Below, one piece after another: positions 20,038 through 30,634 of a stretch of 64,000 nt of DNA. The notes under the pieces were generated by a model. The model was not told the origin of the DNA and ran no database searches. It worked only from the letters and a program-made list of their open reading frames with translations. Both the position numbers and the translations under genes were made by a program. Source of the DNA: an uncultured Clostridia bacterium (GTDB lineage Bacteria > Bacillota > Clostridia > Christensenellales > Borkfalkiaceae); assembly GCA_934278995.1 (NCBI GenBank), contig CAKQWM010000003.1, forward strand, positions 62,516 to 126,515. The letters run 5' to 3'. Positions within the stretch are counted from its first letter, which is position 1; every line of letters starts with the position of its first letter.

Positions 20038-20739
20038 TTAAGTCAAAAACGATTTTAAGTAGGATTCGTCCCTTCTTAAAACTTCGATTACTTTTTTTTC
20101 TATTCGGCTGACGTAAGACCTTGAAATCTTCAAAAGACTTGCAACTTCCCTTTGCGGAAGCGGTATTCCGCTTATAAGTCCGTATCTTAAAACTATAATT
20201 TTATATTCCCTTTCGTTAAGTTTTTTCTTCAGATATTTTTGAAGAGCAACGCTCGAAGCGCGTCTTTCGATGCACTCGATAACGCTTTCGTCCCCGTCTG
20301 AAAGCAAATCGATAAGAGTTAACTCGTTTCCGTCTTTATCAGTGCCGATAACTTCGTTGATGGAAACGTCGCCCGACCGTTTTTTATTTGACCTTAAAAG
20401 CATTAAAATTTCGTTTTCGATACATCTTGCGGTGTAGGTGGCAAGTTGAGTGCCTTTATCGGGTTCAAACGTGGATATTGCTTTAACAAGCCCAACGGTG
20501 CCGACTGAAATCAAATCGTCCATATCTTCCGAGCCGTGATATTTTTTAGCGATATGCGCCACAAGCCTTAAATTATGGCTGATTAGTTTTTCTTTTGCTT
20601 TTTCGTCGCCGTTTTTGCATGCGATGAGGCAGGCTTTTTCTTCTTCTTTACTAAGCGGTTTAGGAAAAGCGTCTTTATTGAACGACGAACAAAAGAAAAC
20701 GCACTTACTTATAATAAAAGCGATAAAATCCCAAAACAT
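20038..20739 (-). CDS. sigK: Sporulation sigma factor K (pro-sigma-K), uninterrupted
   Basis: A hydrophobic pro-sequence ends in NKDAFPKPLSKEEE (compare B. subtilis NNAFPQPLS). Sigma-70 region 2 begins NLRLVAHIAKKY, and region 4 is present. It is a single continuous ORF. Confidence 0.85.
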   Translation of the reverse strand: MFWDFIAFIISKCVFFCSSFNKDAFPKPLSKEEEKACLIACKNGDEKAKEKLISHNLRLVAHIAKKYHGSEDMDDLISVGTVGLVKAISTFEPDKGTQLATYTARCIENEILMLLRSNKKRSGDVSINEVIGTDKDGNELTLIDLLSDGDESVIECIERRASSVALQKYLKKKLNEREYKIIVLRYGLISGIPLPQREVASLLKISRSYVSRIEKKVIEVLRRDESYLKSFLT

Positions 20740-20790
20740 AAAATTTACGTCCTTACGTCAACTTATGTCGAAATCTGTCGCTTTATTCGA

Positions 20791-22008
20791 TTATTTTCTC
20801 AAAATATCGCCCTTATTTAAAGCTACGTCGGTTTTCAGAAGAAGTCTTTGTTGTACGAGTTTAGCATCGGAAACAACGTTTCCGTTTACGTCACGAAGAT
20901 CCGAAACAACGATGATTTTATTAAAACTATACGAAGGAGATAAAACTTCGAGTCGGTCACCGATACCGAAGCGGTTACGCATTTCAATCAGAGCCGTCTT
21001 GTTTTTTTTGTCGTAATCTAAAACAAGCGCTGTAAAAGTTCTTTCTCCGATCGATTGAGAATCGGCGTAATTAACCGTTTGCGAATTTTCACCGAGGCAA
21101 AATGCCGTTGTAAACGCGCGATGATTCGTTTTTAAAATTTCGTTTTCAAATAACGGATCAATCTTGTACGCAGAGCCTTTTTTGTAAAAATCGTCGATAG
21201 CGCGCCTGTACGCGTTTACTACGGTTGCAACGTAATACTCGCTTTTCATTCTTCCTTCGATTTTTAAAGAAGTAATTCCCGCGTCGTACATCTTGTCGAG
21301 ATAGGAAATCATATTCAAATCTTTACTGTTAAGTATGTACGTCCCCTTTTCGTCTTCAGTAATATCGTAATAATCCCCGTCGGAAGATTTTTCCCTGAGA
21401 GAATAATTCCATCTGCAAGATTGCACGCATTCCCCTCTGTTTGAAGGACGCCCTGAAAAATAGTCCGAAAGCAGGCATCTTCCGCTATACGAAATGCACA
21501 TTGCTCCGTGGCAGAAAGTTTCTATCTCCACCTCGTCGGGCAAATAGTCCCTTATTTCTTTAATTTCGCTTAAACTTAATTCGCGCGCTAAAATAATTCT
21601 TTTCGCGCCCAAATCCGCCCAGAACTTTGCCGAATATTTATTGAGAGTATTCGCCTGAGTGGAAACGTGTACGTGAAGATCGGGACATGACTTTAGCACA
21701 AGCGAAATAACGCCGGGATCAGACGCTATCACCGCATCGACGCCGATGAAGTCAAGATATTTCAGGTATTCGCCAAGATAGACAAAATCTGCGTTTTTAG
21801 CGAAAATATTAGCGGTTACGTAAACTTTTTTGCCGTTTTCATGAACGTATTTTACCGCGGAGGATAATTCGTCGTCGGTGAAATTATCCGAATACGATCT
21901 GAGCGAAAAATTTTTTCCGCCGAGATATACGGCATCCGCTCCGAAGTACAAAGCGGTTTGCAATTTACCGAAATTTCCGCACGGAGCAAGCAATTCTAAT
22001 TTTTTCAT
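20791..22008 (-). CDS. trhP: U32-family peptidase, probably the tRNA U34 hydroxylase TrhP
   Basis: Begins MKKLELLAPCGNFGKLQTALYFGADAVYLGG, typical of U32 proteins. It overlaps the upstream O-methyltransferase by 4 nt. Confidence 0.75.
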   Translation of the reverse strand: MKKLELLAPCGNFGKLQTALYFGADAVYLGGKNFSLRSYSDNFTDDELSSAVKYVHENGKKVYVTANIFAKNADFVYLGEYLKYLDFIGVDAVIASDPGVISLVLKSCPDLHVHVSTQANTLNKYSAKFWADLGAKRIILARELSLSEIKEIRDYLPDEVEIETFCHGAMCISYSGRCLLSDYFSGRPSNRGECVQSCRWNYSLREKSSDGDYYDITEDEKGTYILNSKDLNMISYLDKMYDAGITSLKIEGRMKSEYYVATVVNAYRRAIDDFYKKGSAYKIDPLFENEILKTNHRAFTTAFCLGENSQTVNYADSQSIGERTFTALVLDYDKKNKTALIEMRNRFGIGDRLEVLSPSYSFNKIIVVSDLRDVNGNVVSDAKLVQQRLLLKTDVALNKGDILRK

Positions 22009-22622
22009 TTTCTATAAGCCTTTAAAATTCCGTCTCCTTTTGCGTAAACAGAGCAGACAAAGTTATCGTCCGAAATCAATTCGCTTAAAAACGCGCGCAT
22101 ATTTCTGACTATCGTGTTATCCCTATGCCCGTATTTTACTCCGCCGTCGATGAAACCGCGAAACAAAACGTTATCTGCGAACAAAACGCCACCACGGGCT
22201 AAAAGTCTTTTAATTTCCGGTAAATAGTCGTAATATCTTGCTTTCGCTCCGTCAAGAAAAATAAAGTCGTAAGTTCCCTCCAAAAATCTGATGATATCAC
22301 CGGCATCGCCGAGATATTGTCTGACTTTTGACGATAAACCGAATTCCGAAAAAGTTTTTGACGCCAGAAGATAACTGTCCTCGTCTTTTTCGATAGTTGT
22401 CAAAAACATGTCGTCGTGCGTAAATAACATCGCGGAACCGCTTATTCCTACAGCGGTTCCGATTTCGAGAATGGTTTTGGGGTGCTTTATCGAAACACTC
22501 AGAATAAGTTCGTTCAACGTTTCACTTAGAGCAGTCGGAATACCTTTTTCTCTGAATTTTTCCGAAAGTTGCAATACTCGCTTGTCCGTATTAGGTATAA
22601 TTCTGTCTTCAAATTTAATCAT
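22005..22622 (-). CDS. trmR: Class I SAM-dependent O-methyltransferase (YrrM/TrmR-like tRNA 5-hydroxyuridine methyltransferase)
   Basis: Caffeoyl-CoA-O-methyltransferase-like fold with LEIGTAVGISGSAM and DGAK. The gene order matches B. subtilis yrrM-yrrN/O. Confidence 0.7.
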   Translation of the reverse strand: MIKFEDRIIPNTDKRVLQLSEKFREKGIPTALSETLNELILSVSIKHPKTILEIGTAVGISGSAMLFTHDDMFLTTIEKDEDSYLLASKTFSEFGLSSKVRQYLGDAGDIIRFLEGTYDFIFLDGAKARYYDYLPEIKRLLARGGVLFADNVLFRGFIDGGVKYGHRDNTIVRNMRAFLSELISDDNFVCSVYAKGDGILKAYRK

Positions 22623-24271
22623 ACTTCGGTAATAACGGGCAAAATCATAGGATTATTCTTCGTTTTTTTAATGACAAAAGTTCGTATAGACGATCTGATT
22701 TTGTTTTTGACTTCCCTCGTATCGCCTAAAGATTTCATATCGAAACTCTGTACGGTTTTTAAAATAATATCTTTAATCGCCTCGGTTTGCTCGTCCGACA
22801 AAACCACTCCTTTGGAAATAACGTCCGGTCGTTGCAACAATTCCCCGCTTTCGGATGAAATACAGCATAACGCGATAACAAGCCCGTCTTCGGCAAGATG
22901 CAATCTGTCTCTGACGTAAGTCGTGGTGTCGTCAATCTGCAATCCGTCAACGAAACGGGAACCTGCGTGAAATTTATCGCCGAAGCGCATCGTCTTCTCG
23001 GTCAAGGAAACTGTATCGCCTATATCCGGAATAAGCATCTGATAATCTTTCATTCCAAGTTCTTTCGTAAGCATTACGTGTTTTTTAAGGTGCCTATATT
23101 CACCGTGAACGGGAATAAAGAATTTCGGCTTAATCAAAGAATGCATTATTTTTAATTCTTCTTGACAAGCATGCCCCGAAACGTGAATATTTTCGATAGA
23201 TTCGTAAACGACTTCCGCGCCTTTGCGGTATAACTTATTTATAACTTCAAAAATAGATTTTTCGTTACCGGGTATAGGGCTTGCCGAAATAATTATCGTA
23301 TCGTTTTTACCGATGCTGACCTGAGGATAATCGTCCCCCGCCATACGGGTTAAAACGCTCATAGGTTCTCCTTGAGTTCCCGTAGATATAATAACGAGGT
23401 CTTTATCCGGTATATTTTTGATTTTATCTATATCTACCAGAATACCGTCCGGAACGTCGAGTTCGCCTATACTTTGTGCGGCTTCGGTAACTTTAATCAT
23501 AGACCTTCCGGAAAGAGCGACTTTGCGCTTGTTTTTAGCCGCAATATTGAAAATTTGTTGTATTCTGTTTACGTTTGACGAAAAAGTCGCAATTATAATT
23601 CTGCGTTTTGCGTTTGTCTGGAACAGCCTTTCGAGAGTTTCGGTAACGACCATTTCACTCATGGTGTATCCGGGGCGTTCGACGTTTGTGGATTCGCACA
23701 TCAATAGTAAGACGCCCTTTTTTCCGATTTCCGAAAGGCGCGAAAAATCCATCATTTCTCCGTTCGGCGAAGTCATATCTATTTTAAAATCGCCCGAATG
23801 TACTATAACCCCTACCGGCGTGGTAATAGATAAAGCGCAAGCGCCTGCTATCGAGTGGTTAACCGTAATAAATTCGACCTGGAAACAGCCGACGGAGATC
23901 CTTTCGCGCGGTTTGACGCGTTTAAGTTTATAATTGCCTATTTTAAACTCTTTTAATTTGGTTTCAAGGAGCGCAAGAGTCATTTTAGTACCGTAAACGG
24001 GCGCGCTGATTTCACGCAACAAATAAGGAACGCCGCCGATATGGTCTTCGTGTCCGTGCGTTAAAAAAATGCCTCTTATTCTGTCTTTGTTTTCTTGTAA
24101 ATACGTCGTATCGGGTATAACGAGGTCAATCCCCGGCATGTCCTGCGACGGGAAAGTAAGCCCCGCATCGATAACGATTATGTCTTTGCCGAATTCAAGC
24201 GCGGTCATATTTTTGCCGATTTCACCGACACCGCCCAGAAAACGGACGTTTAACGTTTTAAAATTTTTCAT
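22619..24271 (-). CDS. rnj: Ribonuclease J
   Basis: MBL motif THGHEDHIGG, beta-CASP region and a C-terminal domain. The ORF is 550 aa. Confidence 0.9.
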   Translation of the reverse strand: MKNFKTLNVRFLGGVGEIGKNMTALEFGKDIIVIDAGLTFPSQDMPGIDLVIPDTTYLQENKDRIRGIFLTHGHEDHIGGVPYLLREISAPVYGTKMTLALLETKLKEFKIGNYKLKRVKPRERISVGCFQVEFITVNHSIAGACALSITTPVGVIVHSGDFKIDMTSPNGEMMDFSRLSEIGKKGVLLLMCESTNVERPGYTMSEMVVTETLERLFQTNAKRRIIIATFSSNVNRIQQIFNIAAKNKRKVALSGRSMIKVTEAAQSIGELDVPDGILVDIDKIKNIPDKDLVIISTGTQGEPMSVLTRMAGDDYPQVSIGKNDTIIISASPIPGNEKSIFEVINKLYRKGAEVVYESIENIHVSGHACQEELKIMHSLIKPKFFIPVHGEYRHLKKHVMLTKELGMKDYQMLIPDIGDTVSLTEKTMRFGDKFHAGSRFVDGLQIDDTTTYVRDRLHLAEDGLVIALCCISSESGELLQRPDVISKGVVLSDEQTEAIKDIILKTVQSFDMKSLGDTREVKNKIRSSIRTFVIKKTKNNPMILPVITEV

Positions 24272-24309
24272 TTAATTCCTTGTAAACAACCGATTTCGGC
24301 TGTTTATAT

Positions 24310-26940
24310 TCAGTTAAGATAGTCGTTGAGATTTTCTTGGATTTTCTGTTTTAACTCAACGTATTTTTCAAGTTTCTTTCTTTCGTTTTCCACTAAGTCC
24401 TTAGGGGCTTTCGAGATAAACCCGGGATTATTTAATTTACCGTTTGCTCTTGCGATTTCTTCATCCGCTTTGATAAGTTCGTTTTTAAGCCTCTCGATTT
24501 CCGAATCGATATCGACGAGTTCTCCTAACGGAATATATAATTCAAAACCGTTTAAAACCTGCGTAACGACTTTTTCGGTTAATTCTTCCTTTGCGCCGAT
24601 TTTCGTAATCGCTTCTACGCCCGCAAGTTTTTTAATAAGATCGCCGCAATCGGTAAGCAGTTTATTGTTTTCGGTTATTACGAACAAATCAACCTTTTTG
24701 GATGCAGCCGCGCCCGTTTTGGATTTGATTTGACGTACTGCTTTAATGATATCCATAACCGAATTCATCTTATCGAGGTCTTTTTTGTAATTACGCTTTA
24801 TATTGTACTTGGGATATTCGGAAATCATGATGCTTCCGCTTGTGGTAGGTATATACGAATAAATTTCTTCGGTTACGAAAGGAATAAACGGATGTAACAA
24901 TTTAAGGGTTTCGGTTAAAACGTAAATAAGAACGGAAATGGTTTTCTGTTTTTTCTTTTCGTCGTTGCCGTATAAAGCGGACTTACAGAGTTCGATATAC
25001 CAGTCGCAAAAGTCGTACCAGACAAAATCGTGTAGCGTTGAAAGCGCAACGCCTAATTCGTACTTGTTCATATTAACCGTAACGTCTTTAATACACGCGT
25101 TAAGTTTCGATAAAATCCACTTATCTTTAAGTTCGGGTTTTATTTGATCTACAGGAAGAATTTCAACGTTTTCGGCGTTCATCAGAACGAACCTCGAAGC
25201 GTTCCAGACTTTATTTATAAAGTTGCGCGAACTTTCGCATTTTTCGGTTGAAAATCTTATATCGCTACCCGCGGCAACACCCGAAACGAGCGAAAAACGC
25301 AAGGTGTCCGCTCCGTATTCGCCGATAACTTTTAAAGGATCTACGCCGTTTCCTAATGATTTACTCATTTTTCTGCCTTTGTCGTCCCTGACAAGACCGT
25401 GTATAACAACGTCCTTAAAAGGAATCCTTCCCATGTGTTCAAGCCCGCTGAAAATCATTCTTGCAACCCAGAAAAAGATTATATCGTAACCCGTAACCAA
25501 AACGTCGGTAGGATAAAAATATCTTAAATCGTCCGTATTGTCGGGATAGCCGAGCGTAGAAAAGGGCCAGAGAGCCGAACTGAACCAGGTGTCCAGAACG
25601 TCGGGATCCTGATGAATACGAGTACTGCCACATTTACTACATTTCTCAGGAGCGTCTTTTAAAACCATGGTTTCTCCGCAGTCTTCGCAATAATATACGG
25701 GAATACGATGCCCCCACCAGAGTTGACGGGAAATACACCAGTCTTTGATGTTTTCCATCCAGTTATAATAAATCTTCGTGAATCTTTCGGGAATGAATCT
25801 TATAGACTTATTTTTAACCGCCGTGATTGCCGGTTTTGCGAGAGAATCCATTTTTACAAACCATTGCTTGGAAACGATAGGTTCTACGCTTGAACCGCAA
25901 CGATAACAATGCCCCACGTTATGAGTGTGGGGTTCTATTTTAGATAAAACGCCGAGCGCTTTCAAATCATTTACTATTTGCTTACGGCACTCGAATCTGT
26001 CAAGCCCCTGATATTTGCATGCTTTTTCGTTCATTGTGCCGTCGTCGTTCATAACCCGTATTACTTCGAGGTTATGACGCAAACCGACTTCAAAGTCGTT
26101 CGGATCGTGCGCGGGAGTAATTTTAACGGCGCCCGTTCCGAAATCGAGTGCGACGTAATCATCCGCAACGACCGGTATTTCCCTTCCGACTACAGGCAAA
26201 ATCAAAGTTTTACCTATAAAAGATTTAAAGCGTTTATCTTTAGGATTTACTGCAACAGCCGTATCGCCGAGCATGGTTTCGGGGCGAGTGGTCGCTACGG
26301 TCAGATGACCGCTTCCGTCTTTTAACGGGTAGTCGATATGCCAAAAGAAAGAGGGTTCTTCCTCGTACTCTACTTCGGCGTCGGAAAGCGCGGTCTTACA
26401 GGACGGACACCAGTTTATGATTTTGGAACCCTGATAAATCAAGCCTTTGTTATAAAGGTTTACGAATACTTCTTTAACGGCTTTGGAACAACGATCGTCC
26501 ATAGTAAAAGCGAGCCTCGACCAGTCGCAGGACGAACCGAGACATTTTAACTGTTCGACGATTCTGCCGCCGTATTTTTCCTTCCAAGCCCAGGCGCGCT
26601 TCAAAAAACCTTCTCTGCCGACTTGTTCTTTAGTAAGTCCTTCTTCCGCTTTCATTAGTTCGACTATTTTTACTTCGGTGGCAATGGAGGCGTGGTCCGT
26701 CCCGGGAAGCCATAAAGTTTCATAGCCTTGCATACGTTTAAATCTCACGACGGTGTCTTGTAAAGTTTCGTCAAGCGCATGCCCGATATGCAATTGTCCG
26801 GTTATGTTCGGCGGGGGTATAACGACCGTAAACGGCACCTTATCCGGATTGACTTTTGCTTTAAAATAACCGTTGTTTTCCCAAGTATTGTAAATTTGCT
26901 TTTCGAATTCGTTAGGATTATAAGTCTTTTGCATATCCAT
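24310..26940 (-). CDS. valS: Valine--tRNA ligase
   Basis: HIGH motif PPPNITGQLHIGHAL, KMSKS motif KMSKSLGN, and a C-terminal coiled coil. The ORF is 876 aa. Confidence 0.96.
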   Translation of the reverse strand: MDMQKTYNPNEFEKQIYNTWENNGYFKAKVNPDKVPFTVVIPPPNITGQLHIGHALDETLQDTVVRFKRMQGYETLWLPGTDHASIATEVKIVELMKAEEGLTKEQVGREGFLKRAWAWKEKYGGRIVEQLKCLGSSCDWSRLAFTMDDRCSKAVKEVFVNLYNKGLIYQGSKIINWCPSCKTALSDAEVEYEEEPSFFWHIDYPLKDGSGHLTVATTRPETMLGDTAVAVNPKDKRFKSFIGKTLILPVVGREIPVVADDYVALDFGTGAVKITPAHDPNDFEVGLRHNLEVIRVMNDDGTMNEKACKYQGLDRFECRKQIVNDLKALGVLSKIEPHTHNVGHCYRCGSSVEPIVSKQWFVKMDSLAKPAITAVKNKSIRFIPERFTKIYYNWMENIKDWCISRQLWWGHRIPVYYCEDCGETMVLKDAPEKCSKCGSTRIHQDPDVLDTWFSSALWPFSTLGYPDNTDDLRYFYPTDVLVTGYDIIFFWVARMIFSGLEHMGRIPFKDVVIHGLVRDDKGRKMSKSLGNGVDPLKVIGEYGADTLRFSLVSGVAAGSDIRFSTEKCESSRNFINKVWNASRFVLMNAENVEILPVDQIKPELKDKWILSKLNACIKDVTVNMNKYELGVALSTLHDFVWYDFCDWYIELCKSALYGNDEKKKQKTISVLIYVLTETLKLLHPFIPFVTEEIYSYIPTTSGSIMISEYPKYNIKRNYKKDLDKMNSVMDIIKAVRQIKSKTGAAASKKVDLFVITENNKLLTDCGDLIKKLAGVEAITKIGAKEELTEKVVTQVLNGFELYIPLGELVDIDSEIERLKNELIKADEEIARANGKLNNPGFISKAPKDLVENERKKLEKYVELKQKIQENLNDYLN

Positions 26941-27110
26941 AATCTAAATCTTCCTGTTAACTACAAATAAATTAGTTATATTATATATTACGCTTTGATT
27001 TTTGTCAAACCGCGTTCGCCATATACTCGAAAATAAAAGTATATTTTTATATCGCACTATTTATCTTTTCGGCATACCTATAATAATACCGACTGTTTTA
27101 AGGAGTAAAA

Positions 27111-28108
27111 TGAAAAAAGTCATAGCGTTCGTTTTAATAGTTTCGATACTGTTTGCCGTCGGCGGGTGTACCGAAAAAACAAATAAAACGGAAATTAAAA
27201 TCAACGAAGTAACTCATTCTATTTTTTACGCGCCGTTTTACGTTGCTATAGAAGGCGGTTTTTTTGAAAAAGAAGGTTTGAAAATATCGCTGACAAACGG
27301 CGGAGGTTCCGACGCTTCTATGACAGCGCTGTTGTCGAATAATTGCGATATCGCGCTATTAGGTCCCGAAACGGGCATTTATACGGCGATAGGCGGCGCA
27401 AAAGATTTGCCGGTAATTTTCGCGCAACTGACGAAACGGGACGGTTCGTTTCTGATGGCGAGAAATCCTGTGAGCGATTTTGACTGGAAAACACTTAAAA
27501 ATAAAGAAATTATCGCCGGAAGACGCGGCGGAAGCCCTGCAATGTCGTTGCAATACGCTCTTAATAAAAACGGACTTATCGACGGTAAAAACGTAAAATT
27601 AAATTACGACGTTCAGTTTAACCTTACCGCCGCGGCGTTTATAGCGGGTACCGGCGATTACGTTACAATGTTTGAACCGACCGCTTCCGAGTATCAAAGA
27701 CAAAATAAAGCCTATATCGTAGCAAGCGTCGGCAAAGAATCCGGAGAAATTCCTTTTACTTGCTTTATGGCGAAAAAAAGTTATCTCAAAAACAACGAAG
27801 AAATTATAAAAAAATTCACATCCGCAATGTTTAAAGCCATAAAATATATTAGGGAAACGGATACGCGGAAAATAGCGAATATACTTGTTAAATCCTTCCC
27901 TTCTACCGAACTGAGTTCGGTTACGGATTCACTTGATTCATACTTAAAAATCGACGCCTGGCAAAATGACCTGATGCTTAAAAAGGAGGCATTCGAGCGT
28001 TTGCAGGACGTTATGGAAAACGCAGGAGAATTGTCAAAAAGAGTTTCGTACGAAACTATAACCGACAACAGAATTACCGAAGAAACGTATAAAGAAATCT
28101 TCGCATAA
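27111..28108 (+). CDS. ABC transporter substrate-binding lipoprotein, NMT1/THI5-like (NitT/TauT family)
   Basis: RBS AGGAG lies before the ATG at 27111. The signal peptide ends in the lipobox LFAVGGC. SsuA/ThiY-like fold. Confidence 0.8.
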
Positions 28109-28154
28109 AACGTTGACCTGCCAAAATTTTTGGCAGGTCTTTTTCGAGGTCATA

Positions 28155-28910
28155 ATGGAACCATTACTTAAACTTGAAAACGCAACCTTAACTTACCACA
28201 CAAAAACGGACGAAACTTTGGCTGTTTACAATCTTACTTTTTCGGTCTGTGAAAATCAATTCGTGGCGCTTATCGGTCCTTCGGGATGCGGAAAAACGAG
28301 CATACTATCTCTTATCTCCGGCTTGTTGAAAAAATCCGAAGGTTCTGTTAAACTGAACGGAAAAGAAATAACGAAGCCGGACGACAAAATCGGGTATATG
28401 TTGCAAAAAGATCAATTATTCCCTTGGCTTACTATTGAGCAAAATGCGTGTATTCCTTTAATTATTAAAAACATAAAAACTCGAAAAAACGTTGATTATA
28501 TCAACGATTTATTAAAAAAGTACGGGCTGTGGGAATTTAGAAAATATTACCCCGATCAACTTTCCGGAGGTATGCGTCAAAGGGTTGCGCTTATAAGAAC
28601 GTTGTCGGCAAAACCCGAACTTTTGCTACTTGACGAACCCTTTTCCGCGCTCGATTATCAGACGAGAATCACGGTTTGCGACGACGTACTCGGTATGATC
28701 AAAGCCGAAAACAAAACGGCAATTCTGGTTACGCACGATATTTCGGAAGCAATCTCGCTTTCCGACGTCATTATAGTATTGACAAAAAGACCTGCAACAG
28801 TAAAAACAATTCATAAACTGAATTTCGATAAATCGCTTTCCCCTCTTAAGCGTCGGGAAGATAAAAAATTTTCATCCTGGTTTGAATTATTATGGAAGGA
28901 GTTGAACTGA
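28155..28910 (+). CDS. ABC transporter ATP-binding protein (NitT/TauT family)
   Basis: Walker A GPSGCGKTS, ABC signature LSGGMRQR and Walker B LLLLDEP. The start at 28155 (MEPLLKLEN) is preferred over the upstream ATG at 28113. Confidence 0.85.
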   Translation: MEPLLKLENATLTYHTKTDETLAVYNLTFSVCENQFVALIGPSGCGKTSILSLISGLLKKSEGSVKLNGKEITKPDDKIGYMLQKDQLFPWLTIEQNACIPLIIKNIKTRKNVDYINDLLKKYGLWEFRKYYPDQLSGGMRQRVALIRTLSAKPELLLLDEPFSALDYQTRITVCDDVLGMIKAENKTAILVTHDISEAISLSDVIIVLTKRPATVKTIHKLNFDKSLSPLKRREDKKFSSWFELLWKELN

Positions 28911-28911
28911 A

Positions 28912-29718
28912 ATGAGCGACAAGTTATATTCCAGAGAACACGCCTTATACGTTAACAGATTAAAGAGAATTAAATTCTGCGTATCAGCCACTCAGATATC
29001 GGTTCTGATACTCTTTATCGCCTTATGGGAAGTTCTGACCGTCACCGGCGTAATAGACAGTTTTTTATTCAGTAGTCCCGACAGAATCGCCATGACCGTA
29101 TATTCGCTTTTTAAAAGCGGCGAATTGCTTACCCACGTCGGCACTACTTTGTTTGAAACGCTGATCGGCTTCGTTACCGCAACGATTTTCGGAAGCACGG
29201 TCGCAATTATATTCTGGTGGTCTGATTTTTTGCGAAAAGTTTTTGAGCCGTACGTCGTGGTCTTGAACAGTCTTCCGAAAATCGCTTTGGGACCGTTAAT
29301 CATAATATGGTTCGGCGCGGGTACGGGCGCTATAATTTTTATGACTTTTCTGGTAACGGTCATAGTTACGATTATAAATATGTACGCAGGGTTTGCCGAA
29401 GTCGATAACGATAAGATTTTTCTGTTGAAATCGATGGGTGCAACGAAAAAACAATTATTTATATATCTTGTCATGCCCTCTTCCGTACCGACTCTGGTAT
29501 CTACGCTCAAAATAAACGTGGGTATGAGTTGGATAGGCTCTATTATGGGCGAATATCTCGTATCCAAACAAGGTATAGGATATCTTATAGTTTACGGCGG
29601 GCAGGTTTTTAAACTCGATTTAGTTATGACGGGAACCGTCATTTTGTGTTTTTTAGCGGGATTGATGTATTTTTCCGTTGCGCTTTTGGAAAGAAAAATC
29701 GCTCGAAAGCGTAAATAA
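28912..29718 (+). CDS. ABC transporter permease
   Basis: Six transmembrane helices and a binding-protein-dependent permease fold. It starts 2 nt after the ATPase gene. Confidence 0.85.
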   Translation: MSDKLYSREHALYVNRLKRIKFCVSATQISVLILFIALWEVLTVTGVIDSFLFSSPDRIAMTVYSLFKSGELLTHVGTTLFETLIGFVTATIFGSTVAIIFWWSDFLRKVFEPYVVVLNSLPKIALGPLIIIWFGAGTGAIIFMTFLVTVIVTIINMYAGFAEVDNDKIFLLKSMGATKKQLFIYLVMPSSVPTLVSTLKINVGMSWIGSIMGEYLVSKQGIGYLIVYGGQVFKLDLVMTGTVILCFLAGLMYFSVALLERKIARKRK

Positions 29719-30634
29719 GTATCACTGCAAAATTTACAATGCCCATAACGGGATAAACGTCGGAAATTATCTTTTGAAATCCTATTTTGGAAAAAGCAAA
29801 CATGCCTACTGTCAACAATATTTTAAGCAAAACCCCTCGCTTAGAGTAATCGAAATAATTAAAAACCGCAAAATGCGCTCCGAGTAACGTCGTTAAGATT
29901 CCCGCAAATAATACGAAAACGTAAATTATATAAGCCGTCTTGTTTTCTTTTAAAATTTGCAATACGGGAAGATCGGACACGATTTTTAAATTGCAGACGC
30001 AGGAATATATCATATAAACGAGGACGGAAACTACGAACGCCGAAAAAATTGCCGAAATAAACGAAACTTTGCGGTCTTCGGCTTCTCCGAGATTGACCAT
30101 TACCGGCATAGCAAGAAAAAGATTTAATCCGCCGTAAGAAGCAAGTTTATATAAATTAACGCCGAAACCGTTTCCGGATGTGTCGGAATACGGTATAAAA
30201 ACTAAAACTACTATAACGATTATCATCGCAGGAACCAGAATCGTGTTTACGATTTTGAGCCATCTCTTACCGCCGAACATGACAAAGGTCGAAAATATAA
30301 CGGTGATAAGTGAAAACGGTTGAAATTTGTACGATGCGGGCAAGATGAGAAGAAAAAGCGAATCGACGGCGGAAAGCATACCGCTTGCGATTATAAAATT
30401 ACCTATTATAAACAAAGGCTTTGTATAACCGAATAAACGACATTCGTTTTTTAAATCAAACCTGAGCGAAAAATATAAAACCGACGAAAACATAATAAAT
30501 AAAATCGTCGAAACAAGATATATATTTTGCCCGTAAAAAAATTCGTATATTTCTTTACCGCTGACAAAACCCGCGCCTAAAATAGCGCCGATAATAACAA
30601 AAGCGATTTTTAAAGATCTTATCAACGTTTTCAT
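29639..30634 (-). CDS. YkvI-family polytopic membrane protein
   Basis: The N-terminal motif IGAILGAGFVSGKEIYEFF and about ten transmembrane helices. The ORF is 331 aa. Confidence 0.55.
   Translation of the reverse strand: MKTLIRSLKIAFVIIGAILGAGFVSGKEIYEFFYGQNIYLVSTILFIMFSSVLYFSLRFDLKNECRLFGYTKPLFIIGNFIIASGMLSAVDSLFLLILPASYKFQPFSLITVIFSTFVMFGGKRWLKIVNTILVPAMIIVIVVLVFIPYSDTSGNGFGVNLYKLASYGGLNLFLAMPVMVNLGEAEDRKVSFISAIFSAFVVSVLVYMIYSCVCNLKIVSDLPVLQILKENKTAYIIYVFVLFAGILTTLLGAHFAVFNYFDYSKRGVLLKILLTVGMFAFSKIGFQKIISDVYPVMGIVNFAVILIYAFERFFFPKAQRKNTSIPLKNTK

Noticed and set aside
20038-20739. skin-like intervening element splitting sigK
   Set aside because: sigK is a single continuous 233-aa ORF covering the pro-sequence through region 4.
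26941-27110. TPP (THI-box) riboswitch ahead of the NMT1/THI5-like substrate-binding protein, or a T-box ahead of valS
   Set aside because: No CTGAGA / ACCTGATCTGGATAATGCCAGCG core, and no T-box consensus. The region looks like plain divergent promoters.
28113-28154. Upstream ATG giving a longer ABC ATPase (MTCQNFWQVFFEVIMEP...)
   Set aside because: The conserved ABC N-terminus begins at MEPLLKLENATL (28155). The upstream extension overlaps the end of the SBP gene and is hydrophobic junk.
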